From the IMG/VR virus record IMGVR_UViG_3300047550_004303: 64,000 nt of DNA; one strand, written 5' to 3'. The stretch comes from a virus (Duplodnaviria; Heunggongvirae; Uroviricota; Caudoviricetes). Of the stretch, positions 26,394 through 35,270 are shown piece after piece; position 1 is the first letter of the stretch; every line of letters starts with the position of its first letter. A program made the translations under genes and the position numbers. The notes beneath the pieces are model-generated. The model did no database searches, was not told the origin of the DNA, and worked only from the letters and a program-made list of their open reading frames with translations.

Positions 26394-27239
26394 TTAAGGG
26401 TTGTTTACTGATTTAATTGTCCAAAAATCAAAACTTAAGTTTTGATTTTGTATAACACTAAAGGGCATATAAAAATAACCTTTGTCTCCCCAACCACTTC
26501 CCCAACTGTTTCTTGCAATATATACTTGTCTAGTTTTATCATATCCAACTAATAAAACTGCATGGCCACCTAACAATCTTTCTCTTGCTGTATTAGGGTG
26601 CGGCATTATACCTGTTCTTGCAACTGTTGTTGACATAAAACTTGAATATACACAAAAACCAATTATCACTGGAAACCCATTATTCAATGCGTCCAATACA
26701 CCATTATGGTTTTCAATTCTTTCATATAATGTTACTTTTCTTTTTGCTGCATCTCTTACTGAAACATCACTGGGTCTATTTTTGAATTTTCTTATATCAT
26801 ACGGCCAATATATTTCTAATGGTGCACCTTGCTTGTTTGTTACCTTTATTCCATCACGTATATAAGCACCACTATCATAATTAACTGTTCCTAAAAGTTG
26901 TCTCTCATAATAATAGATAAACAATCTACTAACATCAGTTGATTTTCTGTTTCTTTTATTCAAAAGCTCAATTGCACCTGCAATTGCCTGTCCTGTACAA
27001 CTTCCCAAATTTCCTTGATTTTCTATCAAAGAACAAAAATTTCTTAAATCAACTACATCTTTTTGTACGTTAGATGAAACCAAATACTTATAATCTCTGT
27101 TATCTGGTTTATCTTTATTTAAATGAAACTTTGGAATTTTAAGATTGAATTTTTCTTGTTTGATCTTTTGTATTAAAGGTCTACGATGTAATGCTGGATC
27201 TTGTTCTATATCAATAATTGGATTATTATTTTTAGCCAT
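26394..27239 (-). CDS. Papain-family (C1A) cysteine protease
   Basis: NQGNLGSCTG (oxyanion Gln and catalytic Cys), GGHAVLLVGY (His), RNSWG..WGDKGY (Asn). Confidence 0.92.
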   Translation of the reverse strand: MAKNNNPIIDIEQDPALHRRPLIQKIKQEKFNLKIPKFHLNKDKPDNRDYKYLVSSNVQKDVVDLRNFCSLIENQGNLGSCTGQAIAGAIELLNKRNRKSTDVSRLFIYYYERQLLGTVNYDSGAYIRDGIKVTNKQGAPLEIYWPYDIRKFKNRPSDVSVRDAAKRKVTLYERIENHNGVLDALNNGFPVIIGFCVYSSFMSTTVARTGIMPHPNTARERLLGGHAVLLVGYDKTRQVYIARNSWGSGWGDKGYFYMPFSVIQNQNLSFDFWTIKSVNNP

Positions 27240-27254
27240 ATGTTTACCTTAAAG

Positions 27255-28133
27255 TTAATCTTGTTTTTTTGCAGAATATTTTTTCTTTAAAAACTCAATC
27301 AATTCACCGACATCATTTAATCTATTAGCTCTCATAAAATTTATAATGGTAGTTGCATGTTTTCTATCAGGTCCGGAATTTGGTTTACGTGCATTTGATA
27401 AATCAGATTCAAACCCATTAATCATATCTTGCTTGTACATTCCGCCATAATATTTTAAACTATATACCAAACTTTTAGCTTTATCACTCATCTTTGAAGG
27501 ATCTTTTGAAGAAAGTAACTCTATCCATGGCAATAAATATCCACGATTTCTACTCACATAGCCTTTAATATCATCTACGCCCTTTTCAAGCATAGAAACA
27601 TCAGTTTGTTTTCTGATATCTTGTAATCTCCAGGCTTCTTTATCATTATACAAATATGTTTTTATTTTTCGTTTTTTGGCTAAAATCAATGCCTTTCTTG
27701 CCCATGCCCTAGTTCGTGGTTCGGCTTCCGGACTTACATAAACGTGCATAGCCATAACGCCAGTTATAGGTATAGTAGGTTCTTTACTGAACAATCTATC
27801 TTCAGCTTCATGCGCCCTGTGAAATGCTACTGCTGGGTCTCTATTCAACCAATAATCTACGCTTTTTGCAGGATATCTTTGATTGTACCAAGTACCATCT
27901 AAAACAAACATTACAGCATCACTTGATATTCCTTGATGATATCCACCTACTTTTGTTCTGGTAGTGCTTAAAAAATAAAAATACCCTTTAGGAGAATATT
28001 TTTGTTCTATGCTACCCAATACACTACTTAATTCAAATGTACCTGACTCTAAAATCTTTATAGCAGATAATAGTCTGGTATAGTGGAAAACAATAGGGCT
28101 TAAACTTTCAGTGATTAACTCTTTTATTTGCAT
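27255..28133 (-). CDS. Putative internal head protein with ADP-ribosyltransferase-like N-terminal domain
   Basis: N-terminus MQIKELITE resembles T4 Alt (MELITE); VFHYT...ILESG...FLSTTR and AEDR resemble ART-fold motifs. Fold call is by eye. Confidence 0.5.
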   Translation of the reverse strand: MQIKELITESLSPIVFHYTRLLSAIKILESGTFELSSVLGSIEQKYSPKGYFYFLSTTRTKVGGYHQGISSDAVMFVLDGTWYNQRYPAKSVDYWLNRDPAVAFHRAHEAEDRLFSKEPTIPITGVMAMHVYVSPEAEPRTRAWARKALILAKKRKIKTYLYNDKEAWRLQDIRKQTDVSMLEKGVDDIKGYVSRNRGYLLPWIELLSSKDPSKMSDKAKSLVYSLKYYGGMYKQDMINGFESDLSNARKPNSGPDRKHATTIINFMRANRLNDVGELIEFLKKKYSAKKQD

Positions 28134-29135
28134 CTAGTATTTATTACTAGATTCGTATTTTGTCTTATAGTAATTTTCTAACCAATCCCATTCATATGTT
28201 AACATCAATTTCTCATAATTTCCATTTACTATATTGTAATACTCTACTGCGTCTTTACTGCCCAATAAACAATATTCAGCAAAATTACCTTCTGCTTTTG
28301 TTAGCCAAACATTTAATCTTTCTTTGCTAGCTTCATCCTTTTGATTGCAAAGTTTTATACATTCTCTAAACGCTGTTTTCCAAGTTGTGTAAGAACTACA
28401 GTTAAACTTAGCGGTGCCAACAAGTTGTTCTACAACTGCATGTTTACCCTCCATAGTAAAATCTAATTCTTTACCTGATGTTTCTAGCACTAATCTTCTA
28501 TTGTAAAGTACCAAACTCTGATGACCATATACCAGACCGTTGACTGGGTTTAATGCATAAAAAATATAATGTTTTGGGTCTTTATGATTATAATCAAACA
28601 CATAATCAAATTTGAAATCATCGTTTATAAACAATTTTGCAAAAACAATATAAAACCAAAATGATTCAGCTTCTTCAGCCGCTGCATGAAATGCTTTAAC
28701 TCTACCATTTATGTTTTCAATTTTTTTAACTTTATTTGGTAAATTTTTTGTGACTCTAAGTAATTGTTCAAAATTTTCTTCACGGCATTCTTCACCATTA
28801 CTCATAAAGATAATGTCAGGTGAATACTGTTTAGTAGTTGATAATGGAGTAACATCATGCCGATAGATAACATCAGACTTTGCATGTTTTGAACATAACA
28901 TTGTTCCGCTATTCTTTTGATAAATGCTGGGCCAAACATTAATCTTTTGTTCAGAATCATCATCTAAAAAATCAAAGTCAAAATTCCAATCAAATTTTTC
29001 ATACTTACAGTGTTCGTTTATTATCCAAAAATGCTCTGTCTTTGACCTTTTGGTAGCATCAGTTAAGTTATAAGCATATCTTTCTTTTGGATGTACGTTT
29101 GGTTTTTCCCCGAAATAAAAAACATCTCTATTCAT
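28134..29135 (-). CDS. Putative glycosyltransferase-like protein
   Basis: C-terminal domain (DIIFMSNGE, NGRVKAFHAAA, NPVNGLVYGHQS, WKTAFRECIKL) is paralogous to the upstream ORF; ATG 29135 overlaps the upstream stop and is preferred over 29210. Confidence 0.55.
   Translation of the reverse strand: MNRDVFYFGEKPNVHPKERYAYNLTDATKRSKTEHFWIINEHCKYEKFDWNFDFDFLDDDSEQKINVWPSIYQKNSGTMLCSKHAKSDVIYRHDVTPLSTTKQYSPDIIFMSNGEECREENFEQLLRVTKNLPNKVKKIENINGRVKAFHAAAEEAESFWFYIVFAKLFINDDFKFDYVFDYNHKDPKHYIFYALNPVNGLVYGHQSLVLYNRRLVLETSGKELDFTMEGKHAVVEQLVGTAKFNCSSYTTWKTAFRECIKLCNQKDEASKERLNVWLTKAEGNFAEYCLLGSKDAVEYYNIVNGNYEKLMLTYEWDWLENYYKTKYESSNKY
28137..28144 (-). promoter_or_regulatory. Late promoter ATAAATAC, 4 nt from TAAATA to ATG
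   Basis: Minus strand reads ATAAATACTAG-ATG. Confidence 0.65.
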
Positions 29136-30063
29136 GTGTTTCTTTCTGTAATGGATCAATGTTTTTCCTGTAGTTGTAGTGTCGCTTAAAAAACTTACTT
29201 TGTTCTGCATTTAATGTACAAATAGGAAGACCTAATTTGTCATGTAACCTATGACCTATTTCTTCAGCTTGTTCTTTAGGATTCAAATCTTTTATTTGTT
29301 CAAACATCATTGAAAAATAATCAAACCATTGTACATCTTTATAATCCCAACTATCCATAAAAAATGTGTAGAAAGTTCCCATACGTGCCCCGTATATTGC
29401 CCACATTCCGTTTTCTACATCAGCTCCTACGTTATGCCAAATAGTTAGATTGTTTAAGTTACGGATAGAAATTAGTTCTTTAAATTCGTTTATAGTAGGC
29501 ACTTTTCCACCCACAAGACACATTTTAGTACCTTCTCGAAATCCAGCACGCCATGCTTGAAAGGGTGTATAGTTTGGGTATGTAGTTGAATAACAATCAT
29601 TCATTGCCCAATATAAATTGTCAGACCTATCTAAACAAAAATCAGCAATACGTGCAACATCACCGTCAGTCTGAGCCTCATGAGTTTTCATGTTGGCTAC
29701 ATATTCTTTTGTCCAACAACTTATTCCGCCATTGCCATATCTTAATCCATTGATATGATTAATTGCTTTCCATCTAAATTGAGCCTTTTTGTATATAGGA
29801 TCTTTGTTGGAGAAATTTAACTGCAAATCAAAAAATTGTTTATTAGGTAAATTGTCCCCATCAATTACAATGAATCTATCAGTATCACTTACTAACCCTG
29901 CTGCTTTATGTGCTGCATCTATTCCCTTTATCCCATCAACACGTTTTGCCCAAGGACACATGTTTTTTATTTTTAGCCAAAATTCTTCTTTTTGTGGCTC
30001 GTCATAGGTTAAATAAATCACAGATAAATCTGCAATATCAACTAAATCATCAGTTAATTTCAT
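29128..30063 (-). CDS. Putative GT-A glycosyltransferase
   Basis: VIYLTYDEP, GIDAAHKAA, FIVIDGDN (DxD), NGLRYGNGG, AWRAGFREGTK. Confidence 0.6.
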   Translation of the reverse strand: MKLTDDLVDIADLSVIYLTYDEPQKEEFWLKIKNMCPWAKRVDGIKGIDAAHKAAGLVSDTDRFIVIDGDNLPNKQFFDLQLNFSNKDPIYKKAQFRWKAINHINGLRYGNGGISCWTKEYVANMKTHEAQTDGDVARIADFCLDRSDNLYWAMNDCYSTTYPNYTPFQAWRAGFREGTKMCLVGGKVPTINEFKELISIRNLNNLTIWHNVGADVENGMWAIYGARMGTFYTFFMDSWDYKDVQWFDYFSMMFEQIKDLNPKEQAEEIGHRLHDKLGLPICTLNAEQSKFFKRHYNYRKNIDPLQKETHE

Positions 30064-30346
30064 TAACAACTAATCTCCATTTTTGATGTGGCTCATTTTC
30101 AGACACAATAACACTAATGTCTTCTATTGCACATTTAATTCCATCATTGTCGTCTAGTACATATTTTGACCATACCAACTGTGTTGCACTTATAATTTTG
30201 CCATTTTTGATTTTTATATCAAATCTACATGCTGCATAAATTGCTGCATCTATTATCATAAAATTGTAAGGTAAATCAGTTTTTTCACCAGAGTAACTAA
30301 CTACATTACCATCGTCATCATAATACAATCTAAATTCAGGTTTCAT
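30050..30346 (-). CDS. Hypothetical protein
   Basis: 98-aa ORF overlapping both neighbours in the operon. Confidence 0.7.
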   Translation of the reverse strand: MKPEFRLYYDDDGNVVSYSGEKTDLPYNFMIIDAAIYAACRFDIKIKNGKIISATQLVWSKYVLDDNDGIKCAIEDISVIVSENEPHQKWRLVVNEIN

Positions 30347-31137
30347 AAAAGTTTATTTGCAAAATCTTTAATATGGTAATGCAATGGATATTCTTGAGGA
30401 ATAGTGTTAATTCTTATTGAATCTTTATTTATTTCATACAGCAATGCATCTGTCCAATTTTCTGAAGGTAAGTTATTTACAAACTGTTTCATATGTACCA
30501 TTGACATGCCAGTGAAGCTTGGCATTGTGGTGTTTTCTTTTCCTAAAATATGCGAAGCTAATGCATATGCCCAATCAGTTGTTACTGGTTCATCTAAGTT
30601 ACATTTAAGAAACTTTTTGTATTGTTCCCAGTTTTCAAAAACATCTTTCACTATCTTGAAAAAATCTTCAGCTAGTTTTGATTTCTTAAAATAGGTAATT
30701 GCATTGTAACAATCTGGTAAATTGTTTTCATCTATGAATTTTCTATATACCCTACAATTAGAAATTTCTTGTTTGAAATTTCGTATCGTTGTACATATTA
30801 CTACATCTTTTTGATTAAGAATATCAAACCAATAATCAATTGGTTTAGATATCAACAAATCTGCTTCAAGTTTGATTGTATGTTCAAATGGACTAGCTTC
30901 ATAGATTTGCCAATCATTTGAAAGTTTCCATTTGCCATTATGATCTAAGTCTCCGTAAGGTAATTTACTGATCACATCAAAATTTTTCACTTCATCGTCA
31001 TTGATGGTTTCATTTGTTATTAGTGCAATTCTACTGTTAGGCATTACCTTTTTTATACTTTTTGCTAAAGCCAGAGCACAATTGATGTAATTAGTATCAC
31101 TAGTATTCTGAGCAATAATTGCGAAACCTTTATCCAT
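30343..31137 (-). CDS. Putative GT8-like nucleotide-diphospho-sugar transferase
   Basis: KWQ-like WQIYEASPFEHTIKLEADLL (E/DxD); YNAITYFKKS; DWAYALA. Confidence 0.55.
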   Translation of the reverse strand: MDKGFAIIAQNTSDTNYINCALALAKSIKKVMPNSRIALITNETINDDEVKNFDVISKLPYGDLDHNGKWKLSNDWQIYEASPFEHTIKLEADLLISKPIDYWFDILNQKDVVICTTIRNFKQEISNCRVYRKFIDENNLPDCYNAITYFKKSKLAEDFFKIVKDVFENWEQYKKFLKCNLDEPVTTDWAYALASHILGKENTTMPSFTGMSMVHMKQFVNNLPSENWTDALLYEINKDSIRINTIPQEYPLHYHIKDFANKLL

Positions 31138-31936
31138 TTACAATCTCGGCAAAATTATCTTTTGACATCATATGAAAATCAAAGTCTTTAATGACAATAT
31201 AGTTTTTTCTTGTCCTACCATTCTTTGTTTCATCCACCATCATTGTATATTCGGTATTGAATTCATTATTTGTGTTTGGATAAACTATTACATCTTTAGA
31301 TACATGCCAAAGATTCCAGGGTATTAATTCTTTGTTTGAAATTTTATGACCATTGGCAATTCTTAGTGCTAGTGTAAGTGCATAGTCATTTCTATATACT
31401 CCTCCCAAAAAACCATGTATATTAGCATAATGTTCAAAATTATTTTGTATCATTTCAATACATTCAAAGATATGTTTTGTTTTCGTTGTTTTTTTAAACA
31501 CCATAGCAGTTGCCCACAATAGTTGAAAACTATTTTTACTTAAATATTCTTGGTTTAAATTAGGGAACATGAAAAAACTAGTAGATCCATGACACATGAA
31601 ATCATCGTATATTGAAAATACTTGTGTGAGTTTATTTGAGTTAATCAAAAAATCAACATCTAATAAAAGTGTTTCATCGTACGGAGAAAAATGATATGCT
31701 TTATATCTATCTTTATTTTGCCAAACTTTTTTGTCTCGTTTGTTAGATGTATTAGGTTCTTCTAGAATGATAGAGTCAAAATTAAATTTTGGGTATTCTG
31801 GTAAGCTTTCTTCGTTAGTTACAAGTGTTACTGGCAAATTTAAAAAATGATTGATTCTTTTTGCTGTGAATTCAGCCATATGATAGTAATCACAATTTTC
31901 TGAATTGAATGCGAATAGTAATGCTCCTCTTTTCAT
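31130..31936 (-). CDS. Putative GT8-like transferase (paralog of the downstream gene)
   Basis: RYKAYHFSPYDETLLLDVDF (DxD); WATAMVFKKT; RNDYALTLA. Confidence 0.6.
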   Translation of the reverse strand: MKRGALLFAFNSENCDYYHMAEFTAKRINHFLNLPVTLVTNEESLPEYPKFNFDSIILEEPNTSNKRDKKVWQNKDRYKAYHFSPYDETLLLDVDFLINSNKLTQVFSIYDDFMCHGSTSFFMFPNLNQEYLSKNSFQLLWATAMVFKKTTKTKHIFECIEMIQNNFEHYANIHGFLGGVYRNDYALTLALRIANGHKISNKELIPWNLWHVSKDVIVYPNTNNEFNTEYTMMVDETKNGRTRKNYIVIKDFDFHMMSKDNFAEIVNG

Positions 31937-32238
31937 CTTCTATTTTCCAAAGAAGAAAATTCATTGTACCATTCACTGGTAACTGATTGGTACACTAAAG
32001 ATAATTTATCGAGAAGTTCTTTTCTATTTACTAATACTGGATTACCAAATATGTCTACAACAACTAGAGTTGTAGTATCAAAACTAGATAAAAAACTAAT
32101 AGTTTGAATATCTGCCTTCCATAGACCATCTTGTTCAGCCACTTGAAGTTTTGATTCGTATTTTTCTTTTAAGTATTGTTTAGCTGAATTTAGATTAAAT
32201 CTTGCTTTAGCTTCAATAATAAGTTGTTCGGTATTCAT
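31933..32238 (-). CDS. Hypothetical protein, first gene of the second GT operon
   Basis: 101-aa ORF with AAGGAAG SD and its own TAAATA box. Confidence 0.75.
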   Translation of the reverse strand: MNTEQLIIEAKARFNLNSAKQYLKEKYESKLQVAEQDGLWKADIQTISFLSSFDTTTLVVVDIFGNPVLVNRKELLDKLSLVYQSVTSEWYNEFSSLENRR

Positions 32239-32267
32239 CTAAATACTTCCTTTGAAATATTTAGATG
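32236..32267 (-). promoter_or_regulatory. Late promoter embedded in the 5' arm of a hairpin that occludes the SD and AUG
   Basis: mRNA CAUCUAAAUA-UUUC-AAAG-GAAG-UAUUUAGAUG forms a 14-bp stem (one G.U pair); TAAATA lies at 32258-32263. Confidence 0.65.
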
Positions 32268-32287
32268 TCTTCTCGAAATAGAAAAAA

Positions 32288-33238
32288 TTATGACCCTGAT
32301 ACGGTGCCTGAAAGCGTTATAGCTCCCCAGGTGTTAGCAATGTATGTAGTTGACGGTGGTCTTATAGCCAATGTAGTAGTTGAACCTGCACTTGCAGTAA
32401 ATCCATCAGGAACTTCATCCCAAACAGTATAAATTGTAATTATATTACCAGCATCACCGTTTGATCCTTGTGTTCCATTACTTTTTACTATTACACGAAT
32501 AAATGTTCCTAAATATGGACTTGGTCCTTGTGCCGCGGTTTGCGTGAACACGTTTGCATTTGCAGAAGTCAATGCATAATACCCATTATTGCTACTAATA
32601 GTAGGCGCAGGAAGTCCTCCTCCTATTTTAGTTATTCCATCATAAGGTGTTGATGCAATAGTTACCGTACCTGATGAGGGCGCGCTTAAATAAATTGTAC
32701 CTATATTAGCTGCTAACCCAGTTAATGTTAAGTCGATTCCTGATCCAGAAGGATGTTGGCATTGGAGAGAAAGTTGTCCTCCGGCATTAAAAAAGTATCT
32801 TGCTGCATCTCCTGAAGCAAAAGTTACAGTATGTGTAAACGTTAGTGCAGATGACCAAGTTGAACCATATGTTGCAGTGTTTACCGTAATTGAACCCTGT
32901 GAAATAGCATTTAATCGATTATTATAGATAGTAGTTAAATTAGATGAAATAGCAGAATTAAAAGTAATGACATTTCCCGCAGAAGGAGCGGTGACACTTG
33001 TAATACTAGAGCCTTGATGTGCTGCTGCATTTGTAGTATTGTTTACAATTGAAGCCCAATTGCTTGCTGCAACACTGGTTCCAACTGTAACATTACCCAC
33101 TGGAGTTTGACCATATCCCGCTGAACCACCTCCTGTAGCCCATACAGTATTGATTTTACCACTACTGGTAACTGGATTTCCACCAGCTAAATTATTGAAG
33201 TCGCTAGCTTCTACTAATCCAAATTGTGCGTAGCTCAT
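32288..33238 (-). CDS. Virion structural protein (baseplate/fibre-associated)
   Basis: Ser/Thr/Gly/Ala-rich beta-type 316-aa ORF downstream of the baseplate genes; ARYFFNAGGQL motif. Confidence 0.6.
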   Translation of the reverse strand: MSYAQFGLVEASDFNNLAGGNPVTSSGKINTVWATGGGSAGYGQTPVGNVTVGTSVAASNWASIVNNTTNAAAHQGSSITSVTAPSAGNVITFNSAISSNLTTIYNNRLNAISQGSITVNTATYGSTWSSALTFTHTVTFASGDAARYFFNAGGQLSLQCQHPSGSGIDLTLTGLAANIGTIYLSAPSSGTVTIASTPYDGITKIGGGLPAPTISSNNGYYALTSANANVFTQTAAQGPSPYLGTFIRVIVKSNGTQGSNGDAGNIITIYTVWDEVPDGFTASAGSTTTLAIRPPSTTYIANTWGAITLSGTVSGS

Positions 33239-33247
33239 CTTAAACCT

Positions 33248-34486
33248 TTACTTAATTACAACTATGGCTTCGACCATACCCACATCAATTGAGCCTTTGT
33301 CAGCCAATGACCTTCCTAAAGTATTAAATGCTGTTGCTTCACCCTGTTTAGCTGATCTAGCCAATCCATTGCCAGCGCTGACAAGTCGGTCACCTTTTTT
33401 AACTGTTCCCTTTACCTTAACATGTACTCTTCCGCTAACAGCAATTGGGGGATGTGTATTGTCGTCTCCGGCACCTGCATTCATTAGATAAGCAGCAGTA
33501 TTACTTACTACGCCGAAAACATCTTCACTTAATTCGGATTTAACCATAGTAATTTCTTTTAATCCGCCCAATTCTACAACGGTTCCGGGCTCATAAATTT
33601 CGTCAGCTTCAAATCTTTCAGCAAGGTCAGCATAAGTTGCTTGTAATCTACTACCTGCTGTTAAAGTCCAATTACCAGTTATATTACCTGCTGTCGTATT
33701 TGCACCAGTATTAATTACTCTTCCATTAAAAGTCGCTGTTGCTGATCCGTCACCTATTGTTCCTGCATATGTTGGTAAATATGCTGAAACGTTGCTATTT
33801 CCATAAGAACCTGCAAAACTTATCGGTGAACCATTGCTATAATAGAAGTAATCGGAAACTATGCCAATAGACCCTGGACCCTTAACAACAATATTACCTA
33901 TGTTAGAATAGAATGCAGTACCTGAAATACTATTTGCAGTACCATTTCCTACTACTGTCCAAGTTCCAGTAAGTACTCCGCCGGTAGTTGAAGATCCTGC
34001 ATCAATAACGGTAGTATTCACAGTACTTAAATTTGCAGTAGTAATAATAGCATTTGAAGCAGTTATATTTCCAGTTAGTGTTGCATTTAATGCAAACATA
34101 TTTCCACTACAGTTTATATCATTAATAACACTCAAACTATTAATCTCAGCAGTAGTAGTTATAGTAACTGAACCGAATGTTGTTGTTCCCGTTCCTATTG
34201 ATGATGTCAATTGAAGCCAATTATTGGGATCAGTTTCACCATCACTAGGACAAACATACATTATATTATTGTTGATATTAAACCATAACTGACCTCGTAT
34301 TGGATTGTCAGGTGGAACAGTATCTGCAAAGTTTTCTAATGTTCTAACAAAATTAGTATCAACTGATTGCCCATACCCAGCATAATTTCTTCCAGGTAAA
34401 CCTAACGATGTACTTGTAGTATTAATTGTGCCATCTGGAACAGTTGTTAATACTGTACCGTCACTTTTAACAATTGTGTATGCCAT
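33248..34486 (-). CDS. Tail fibre-like structural protein with C-terminal chaperone/peptidase G2-like domain
   Basis: N-terminal GRNYAGYG...ENFA...PIRGQLWF; T/N-rich beta-helix-like middle; C-terminal YADLAERFEAD...PGTVV...GVVS...PIAVSGRVHVKV. Confidence 0.6.
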   Translation of the reverse strand: MAYTIVKSDGTVLTTVPDGTINTTSTSLGLPGRNYAGYGQSVDTNFVRTLENFADTVPPDNPIRGQLWFNINNNIMYVCPSDGETDPNNWLQLTSSIGTGTTTFGSVTITTTAEINSLSVINDINCSGNMFALNATLTGNITASNAIITTANLSTVNTTVIDAGSSTTGGVLTGTWTVVGNGTANSISGTAFYSNIGNIVVKGPGSIGIVSDYFYYSNGSPISFAGSYGNSNVSAYLPTYAGTIGDGSATATFNGRVINTGANTTAGNITGNWTLTAGSRLQATYADLAERFEADEIYEPGTVVELGGLKEITMVKSELSEDVFGVVSNTAAYLMNAGAGDDNTHPPIAVSGRVHVKVKGTVKKGDRLVSAGNGLARSAKQGEATAFNTLGRSLADKGSIDVGMVEAIVVIK

Positions 34487-34498
34487 TTTCCTATCCTA

Positions 34499-35119
34499 TT
34501 ATATAGTTATCATGTTGGTTAGTGATTGAATTCTAACCGTATAATCTATTTGAATTTGTCTGTTTAAACTTTTCTGCACCGGGTGAAAAATCACATGGGT
34601 CAACAATTTTGTAATTACTTGTCCGTTTTCATCGGTACCATATCTAGCTTGTAACCCCAATTCATCAAAAACAAATTGCCCATCATACAAAGTGCCATTA
34701 TCAAATGCATCTTGACCAAATGGTTCGCCGTAATCTAGTAAACACTGAACTAAAATATCAGTATAGTAGTTTCCTGCGGTATGTGTAACAATCATTTTGT
34801 TTCTAGATGGGTCTAAATTGAATACACTCGTATCATCAACTACTTTTTGATATGTTTGATTATACAAAGCAGAATTCTGCCCAGTAGTATTAGGTGGCAA
34901 ATAGGTTATGACGCCAGTGCTATCAACGGATGCTCCACCATTTCCAAACGCCATTTGATAAATAGTTCCATATCCTCTGTTACTCAAAGAATCTGCTATA
35001 GCAATAGACATATTCTCATAGTTTATTTGATTGTTTTTTTCAACAAATACTTCACTGGTGTTGGGGTCAAATATCTTTATTGATCCTTGAATTTTATATG
35101 ACACATTAATTGTTGACAT
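34499..35119 (-). CDS. Baseplate-associated structural protein
   Basis: 206-aa ORF in the baseplate operon; MAFGNGG, FDELGL, FHPVQKSLNRQIQIDYTVRI. Confidence 0.6.
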   Translation of the reverse strand: MSTINVSYKIQGSIKIFDPNTSEVFVEKNNQINYENMSIAIADSLSNRGYGTIYQMAFGNGGASVDSTGVITYLPPNTTGQNSALYNQTYQKVVDDTSVFNLDPSRNKMIVTHTAGNYYTDILVQCLLDYGEPFGQDAFDNGTLYDGQFVFDELGLQARYGTDENGQVITKLLTHVIFHPVQKSLNRQIQIDYTVRIQSLTNMITI

Positions 35120-35259
35120 CAGTTATCGCCTCTTTTTTGTACTAATACTTTTTGAGTTTTAGGATCAAAAATCTTCAAATGAGTAGAAAAATAAAAACCC
35201 GCCTGCTCATTTGGTTTGTTTTTTTCCTGTTTGGTATTTAATACTTTATTTTGTTCCAT
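35119..35259 (-). CDS. 46-aa small protein not in the ORF track
   Basis: MEQNKVLNTKQEKNKPNEQAGFYFSTHLKIFDPKTQKVLVQKRGDN; own late promoter; TGATG overlap with the next gene. Confidence 0.75.
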   Translation of the reverse strand: MEQNKVLNTKQEKNKPNEQAGFYFSTHLKIFDPKTQKVLVQKRGDN

Positions 35260-35262
35260 AAT

Positions 35263-35270
35263 GTATTTAT
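35263..35270 (-). promoter_or_regulatory. Late promoter ATAAATAC
   Basis: Minus strand reads ATAAATACATT-ATG. Confidence 0.65.
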
